Shown in pieces: positions 58,942 to 64,000 of a DNA stretch of 64,000 nucleotides. Origin of the DNA: Desulfonatronovibrionaceae bacterium (lineage in GTDB: Bacteria; Desulfobacterota; Desulfovibrionia; Desulfovibrionales; Desulfonatronovibrionaceae). The stretch spans positions 1 to 64,000 of the forward strand of contig JBKHGE010000001.1 of assembly GCA_046539845.1 (NCBI GenBank), read 5' to 3'. Positions within the stretch are counted from its first letter, which is position 1; every line of letters begins with the position of its first letter. Below the pieces are notes generated by a model. It was given only the letters and a program-made list of their open reading frames with translations, was not told the DNA's origin and did no database searches. Both the position numbers and the translations under genes were made by a program.

Positions 58942-60018
58942 CTAGTCAATCGCTTTTCCGTGCACCGGATTGAATAACGCATCTCTTCTTACCGGTTCAA
59001 ATCCCGCACTTCGAATATAGCCCCTAAGCTCGGCCTCGGTCAGACCGGCCGGGGAATCTGCTCCGGCCGCATGACCCACCCGCTCCCGAACCAGGGTGCC
59101 GTCAAAATCGTCCGCCCCGAGATACAGGGCAAGCTGGGCGCACTTTATGCCGGAAAAGGCCCAGTAGGCCTTGATGTGGGGGATATTGTCCAGATATAGT
59201 CTGGATATGGATATCATCCGGGAAAAATCCACCCCGTCCGGCCCGCTGGCCCGGAGTACATTGTTTCCCGGCTGATAGGGCAGAGGGATGAAGCAGACAA
59301 AGCCATTGCTTTTGTCCTGCAGCTCGCGCAGGGCATGTAAATGATCCAATCTGTCCTCCCAGGACTCCACATGTCCGAAGAGCATGGTGCAATTGCTCTT
59401 TATGCCCATGCTGTGGGCCAACTCGTGTATGGACAGCCATCTGTCCCCGGGTATTTTTTCCGGACAGATCCTGGCCCGCAGATGCGGGGCAAACACCTCC
59501 GCCCCGCCCCCGGGTAGCATATCCAGGCCCGCGGCCCGGAAATCCTCCAGCACCCGGCCCTCGGACAAGCCGTAAGTATCGGCCAAAAAGGCGATCTCTA
59601 CTGCGGTGAAGGCCTTAATCCAGGCCCGCGGCCTGAGAGAGCGTGCGGCCTGCAGCATACGGATATAGTAATTATATTCCAGCTCCGGATTGAGCCCTCC
59701 GACTATGTGCAGCTCGCTTATGTCCTGGTCGCTCTGCCCGGCGATCTGTTCGCTCAGCTCCTCTAAATCCATTGTATACGCGCCGCTTTGTCCGCGCCTT
59801 TTACTGAAGGCGCAAAATAGACAGGCGTTTGCGCATACATTAGTATAGTTGAGGTGCTTGTTGTATACGTAAAAGGCCTTTTTCCCGTGCAGCCTGGAGC
59901 GCATCCGCTCCCCGGCCGCCCCGGTTTCATGCACGCTTCCGGAACTGATCTGCTCCAGGATAAAGGAGGTGTCCAGCCTGGTTTGTCCATCAGCCACTTT
60001 ACTCAGGCGGTTATTCAT
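58942..60018 (-). CDS. mqnE: CofH/MqnE-family radical SAM enzyme (probable aminofutalosine synthase)
   Basis: NYTNVCANACLFCAF, LHIVGG, KAFTAVEI, PGGGAE, TMLFGHVE, HIKAYW. Confidence 0.8.
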   Translation of the reverse strand: MNNRLSKVADGQTRLDTSFILEQISSGSVHETGAAGERMRSRLHGKKAFYVYNKHLNYTNVCANACLFCAFSKRRGQSGAYTMDLEELSEQIAGQSDQDISELHIVGGLNPELEYNYYIRMLQAARSLRPRAWIKAFTAVEIAFLADTYGLSEGRVLEDFRAAGLDMLPGGGAEVFAPHLRARICPEKIPGDRWLSIHELAHSMGIKSNCTMLFGHVESWEDRLDHLHALRELQDKSNGFVCFIPLPYQPGNNVLRASGPDGVDFSRMISISRLYLDNIPHIKAYWAFSGIKCAQLALYLGADDFDGTLVRERVGHAAGADSPAGLTEAELRGYIRSAGFEPVRRDALFNPVHGKAID

Positions 60019-60913
60019 ACAAAAATTCCCACCTGGGGCCGATTGCCTGATCGGGGATATTAAAATCCCCAAGCAGGGTCTTGAGCAAGGACCTTTCCTG
60101 AGGCGGCCCCTCCACAAGGGAGCTCCGGCCGGTGATCCCCAATTTGGAGCGTAAAAGGTCCAAAGCGGTGTCAAATCCGCCGAGTTCATCAATCAATCCG
60201 GCCTCGTAGGCCTGCTCCCCGGTCATGGCCCGACCGTCTGCCAGCCTGGAAACTGCTTCCGAACTCATATCCCTCCCTGAGGCGACATCCCCCACAAACT
60301 GGGCATGAAGGTTGTTCACCAGTTCTTGGAAATAGGCCTTTTCCTCGGGAGACAAATCTTCGAACGGCGAACCTGCATTTTTGAGTTTGCCGCTGGTTAT
60401 GGTCTGCTCCTTGATCCCCAGTTTACTCATTAATTCCTTTACGTTTGTCATCTGCGCCTTGACCCCAATGCTTGCGGTCAGCGTCCCCCGGTTGCCCACT
60501 ATGGAATCCGCGCCGCAGGCAATGTAGTAGCCGCCAGAGGTGGCCACCGAGCCCAGGGAGGCCACAACCGGCTTTTTGTCGGCCAGCCTCTGAATCGCCG
60601 CATAAATCTCCTGGGAGGGGGCGACAACACCGCCGGGCGAATTGATGCGCAAGATCACCCCTCGGATATCGTCATCCGCGGCCATCCGGTCGATCCAGTC
60701 ATTCACTCGTCTGGAACCGGTGATCAATCCGTTTACATGGACCACCCCGATCTTGTTCTTGGCAAAGAATCCGGGGTCCTGTCTGTCGGCCGCAAAAAAA
60801 GTAAAAGCGGCCATGGTCCCGGTGATCAGGACCAAAGCCGCCGCTATAAGCATGAAGCCAAAAAGCAGGGGATGTTTCTGGCTGAACTTCAAATCAGGAT
60901 TCTTCTTCACCAT
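60011..60913 (-). CDS. sppA: Signal peptide peptidase SppA (36K type)
   Basis: RINSPGG, ATSGGYYIA, SIGV, DGR. Confidence 0.92.
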   Translation of the reverse strand: MVKKNPDLKFSQKHPLLFGFMLIAAALVLITGTMAAFTFFAADRQDPGFFAKNKIGVVHVNGLITGSRRVNDWIDRMAADDDIRGVILRINSPGGVVAPSQEIYAAIQRLADKKPVVASLGSVATSGGYYIACGADSIVGNRGTLTASIGVKAQMTNVKELMSKLGIKEQTITSGKLKNAGSPFEDLSPEEKAYFQELVNNLHAQFVGDVASGRDMSSEAVSRLADGRAMTGEQAYEAGLIDELGGFDTALDLLRSKLGITGRSSLVEGPPQERSLLKTLLGDFNIPDQAIGPRWEFLYE

Positions 60914-62642
60914 CTTCTTCCAGCTTCCGGCGGATTAAATCGCCCAGATTGCTGCCCGGGGTCTGCTGTGCTCCCGCCTTTGTCCCCTTCGAGTCCTCGC
61001 TGTGTTCCTTCTCCATCTCATCCAGGTAATCCTTGACCGACAGCCCCAGCCGCCTTTCGTCCGCACTCACGTGGATAACCTTGGCCTGGATTTCTTGACC
61101 TTCCTCGAAGTTCTCTTTGGGGTTTTTCACCTTTTTCCGACTGAGTTCCGAGACGTGGACCAATCCCTCGATGCCTTCCTCCACCTCTACAAACAGACCG
61201 AAATCAGTTATGTTGGTTATCCGGCCATTGACCACTGTACCCGTGGGATAGCGGTTAGGGACCTCCAGCCACGGGTCTTCGGTGAGCTGCTTGATACCCA
61301 GGGTGAACTTTTCATTCTCCTTATCCACGGTAAGGACCTTGGCCTGGATCATATCCCCGACATTGTACATCTCGCTCGGATGGCGGATCTTTTTGGTCCA
61401 GGAGAGATCGGAGACGTGGATAAGCCCATCTATGCCCTCCTCGATGCCGATGAATATCCCGAATTCGGTGATATTTTTGATCTCCGCCTCCAGGATGGTC
61501 CCCTCCGGGTATCTCTCGGCCACCAGATCCCATGGGTTGGGATTGACCTGTTTCATGCCCAGCGAAATCCTTTTGCGCTCCGCATCAATCCCCAAAACGA
61601 CCACCTCGACCTCGTCTCCGGTGTTGACCATCTGCTTGGGGTGACGAAGCTTACGCGTCCAGGACATCTCGGAGATGTGCACCAAGCCTTCCACACCTGG
61701 ATCCAATTCTACAAAGGCCCCATAATCAACCAGATTGGTCACTTTCCCGCTGACCTTCTCCCCTTCCGGAAATCTCGCAGTGATATCTTCCCAGGGGTCC
61801 GGAACCAGCTGCTTCAAGCCCAGGGAGACCTTTTCCTCCTCCCGGTCAAAGCTCAAAACCTTAAGTTCCAAATCATCTCCGAACTGGACCATTTCCTTGG
61901 GATGACGGATTCTCTTCCAGGACATATCTGTGATATGCAAAAGACCGTCCAGACCGCCCAGGTCTATGAACACCCCGTATTCCGTGATATTTTTGACCTT
62001 TCCGGTAACAATCTGCCCCTCTTCCAGATCCTGCAGGAGCTTTTGTCTCTGCTCGTCCCGTTCCTTTTCCAATAAAACCCGCCTGGAGACAATCACATTG
62101 CTACGGCGGCGGTTGATTTTCAGGATCTTGAAGTCAAAGTCCTGATCCACAAGGGCATCCATGTCCGGGACGGGACGCAGATCCACGTGCGATCCGGGCA
62201 GGAAGGCCTCGATTCCGCCGAGATCCACATGATAGCCGCCCTTGATGCGGCGGCTTATCCGTCCGCTGACGACCTCGTCCTCTTCCATGCTCCTTTCCAG
62301 ACTGTCCAAAAGCTGCATGCGCTGGGCCCGTTCCCGGGAAAGGTTAACGATCCCTTCTTCTTCGTCCTTGTAGGCGACAAAAACGTCCACCTTGTCGCCC
62401 TCGCTGACAGTGATATTGCCCTCACTGTCAACAAATTCCTTGATCGGAATCTGCCCCTCGGACTTGAAATTCACATCCACCAGGACATGATCCTTTCCGA
62501 CCCGGACGACTTCCCCGGAGACTATTCCTCCTTCATGAACGTCTCCAAAGTCGTCGTTGAGATAATTCTCCAGTTCTTCGGCAAAATTTACATCCATGTC
62601 CAAAGAACTGTCTTCCATTGGTTGAGTTGTTGTGTTTTCCAT
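60894..62642 (-). CDS. rpsA: 30S ribosomal protein S1
   Basis: Six S1 repeats (AFLPGS, DGLLHITD, EGLVHISE). Confidence 0.96.
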   Translation of the reverse strand: MENTTTQPMEDSSLDMDVNFAEELENYLNDDFGDVHEGGIVSGEVVRVGKDHVLVDVNFKSEGQIPIKEFVDSEGNITVSEGDKVDVFVAYKDEEEGIVNLSRERAQRMQLLDSLERSMEEDEVVSGRISRRIKGGYHVDLGGIEAFLPGSHVDLRPVPDMDALVDQDFDFKILKINRRRSNVIVSRRVLLEKERDEQRQKLLQDLEEGQIVTGKVKNITEYGVFIDLGGLDGLLHITDMSWKRIRHPKEMVQFGDDLELKVLSFDREEEKVSLGLKQLVPDPWEDITARFPEGEKVSGKVTNLVDYGAFVELDPGVEGLVHISEMSWTRKLRHPKQMVNTGDEVEVVVLGIDAERKRISLGMKQVNPNPWDLVAERYPEGTILEAEIKNITEFGIFIGIEEGIDGLIHVSDLSWTKKIRHPSEMYNVGDMIQAKVLTVDKENEKFTLGIKQLTEDPWLEVPNRYPTGTVVNGRITNITDFGLFVEVEEGIEGLVHVSELSRKKVKNPKENFEEGQEIQAKVIHVSADERRLGLSVKDYLDEMEKEHSEDSKGTKAGAQQTPGSNLGDLIRRKLEEDGEEES

Positions 62643-62817
62643 ATTACCCCCTAACACATAATTTATGCGCTGCTAACTAGCAGATAGCTGACTGCTTGAC
62701 AACCGAAAATCCGCATGTGCCAAGGAAAAATTCACACCCCCCGGGGACCGGCCCCGGACGGGAGGAACCAAGGCCAGCAGGCTAAGAAACCGCGGTTTGC
62801 GGTGTAAAAAACAAAAA

Positions 62818-64000
62818 TCAGGTCATGGCCACCAGGTCATAGTCCTTTGCCTCCTGGACAATGGCCCGGAGTATTTTTCCCGGGATCACGTCCGGTCCGC
62901 TTATATAGGTAATGCCGTCCACTTCCGGGGCCTGAAACCAAGTCCTGCCGGTATGCAAACCCGGCCATTCCGGGTGCGGCTCGTCCACAAGCACTTCCAC
63001 CTCCCGGTCTTCGTAGTCCCTGAGGTGCTCGGTGCTGATGCTCCGCTGCACGGCCATCAGCTCCTCCAGGCGTTTTTGCTTTTCCTTGGATTTTACCTGC
63101 TCCGGGAAACCGGCCGCTCTGGTCCCCTCTTCCGGATAATAGGGGAAAGCGCCCAGACTGTGGAAGCGATTGCGGGCGGCAAAGGCGATCAGGCGATCGA
63201 AGTGCCGTGGTTTCTCCCCGGGGAACCCGACAATCATGGTGGTCCGCAGGGCAGCTCCCGGGACCCGGCCGCGGATAAGGTCCACCACTTCCTGGGGGTC
63301 CAGCGCAAAAGGCCTCCCCATACGCCGCAGGATGTGTGGATCGGCGTGTTGCAGAGGGACGTCAAAATAGGGAAGCATCCGCTCTCCGGCCCAGGCCATA
63401 AAATCCAAGAGCTCCCGGGTAATCCCGGAGGGATACATATACATCAGCCGCAGGCGCTTCAGCCCGGTCAGGCGCAAGAGTCTGTCCAGGACACGGACCA
63501 GCCCGTCTTTCTCGCCCAGATCCCTGCCGTAGGCGGTTGTATCCTGGGCCACGAGGACCAGTTCCTTTGCCCCCTGGTCCAGAAGAGCCTGGGCGTCCTT
63601 TGCTATCTGTTCCCGAGGCCTGGAGCGCAAGCGGCCGCGCAGGGAAGGTATGGTGCAAAACGAGCATTTTTTATTGCATCCATCGCTCAGCATCACATAT
63701 CCGTATCCGGGCCCGGTGGTCAGGACCTGCTCTTTTTCGACCGTTTGGAGTTTAAACCTCTCCCGGACAAGGGAACAGAGTTCGGCCTGACGCGGTATGT
63801 CTACAAACCAATCCACTTCCGGGAGCAGGGAATACAGCTTTTTCCGGCCATACCTGGCCACCAGGCATCCGGTGACCGCCAGAAGCGGCCTGGTTTTTTT
63901 TCCCCTGCCCTTTATCACCTCGCCCAAAGCGATAATCTCCTGCAGGGATTCCTCCACTGCCGGCGCGATAAAGGCACAGGTGTTTACCAGGACCAGATCG
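62818..64000 (-). CDS. rimO: Ribosomal protein S12 methylthiotransferase (5' end outside window)
   Basis: VNTCAFI, TGCL, DGCNKKCSFCTIP, AQDTTAYG, QAPEVDG. Confidence 0.92.
   Translation of the reverse strand, partial: DLVLVNTCAFIAPAVEESLQEIIALGEVIKGRGKKTRPLLAVTGCLVARYGRKKLYSLLPEVDWFVDIPRQAELCSLVRERFKLQTVEKEQVLTTGPGYGYVMLSDGCNKKCSFCTIPSLRGRLRSRPREQIAKDAQALLDQGAKELVLVAQDTTAYGRDLGEKDGLVRVLDRLLRLTGLKRLRLMYMYPSGITRELLDFMAWAGERMLPYFDVPLQHADPHILRRMGRPFALDPQEVVDLIRGRVPGAALRTTMIVGFPGEKPRHFDRLIAFAARNRFHSLGAFPYYPEEGTRAAGFPEQVKSKEKQKRLEELMAVQRSISTEHLRDYEDREVEVLVDEPHPEWPGLHTGRTWFQAPEVDGITYISGPDVIPGKILRAIVQEAKDYDLVAMT

Noticed and set aside
60894..62642. Internal repeats in rpsA
   Set aside because: Ordinary S1 domain repeats

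Overview
Chromosomal, mostly core-genome window of an anaerobic sulfate-reducer-like deltaproteobacterium. Gene content and order look Desulfovibrionales-like, and acidic proteins plus Na+-type stator motifs hint at a halophile (both inference). In order: cls and an anaerobic cobalamin (cbi) cluster with a CbiX-CbiC fusion; a CCG-domain Fe-S protein; PocR, hydrolase, FIST and GGDEF genes; queA; a 4-subunit 2-oxoacid:ferredoxin oxidoreductase; aroE; mltD; rlmB; motA-motB-motB-fliLMNOPQ; yggS; era; a radical SAM fusion; cvpA; mazG; cmk; hisC; pilMNOPQ; usp; a fusA paralog; comM; lepB; lepA; an hdrA-mvhD-mvhG-mvhA-protease operon; rlpA; ihf; HIT; mqnE-like; sppA; rpsA; and partial rimO. The main hidden signal is UGA recoding. 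Five genes that the ORF track breaks or truncates carry a UGA followed by a SECIS-like hairpin: HdrA, MvhD, the MvhA large subunit (making it a [NiFeSe] enzyme), an HdrD-like protein (all four at conserved Cys positions) and, less certainly, an FmdB zinc-ribbon protein. Four of the hairpins share a CC-UGGAN-GG apex, and three sit exactly 22 nt after the UGA, imposing L-[DE]-G on unrelated proteins. Two small genes absent from the ORF track were also found: a 57-aa MCxxCGC/His-rich putative metal-binding protein and a 50-aa membrane protein. The FIST gene is interrupted by a TAA. No tRNA, rRNA, CRISPR array or mobile element was recognised.
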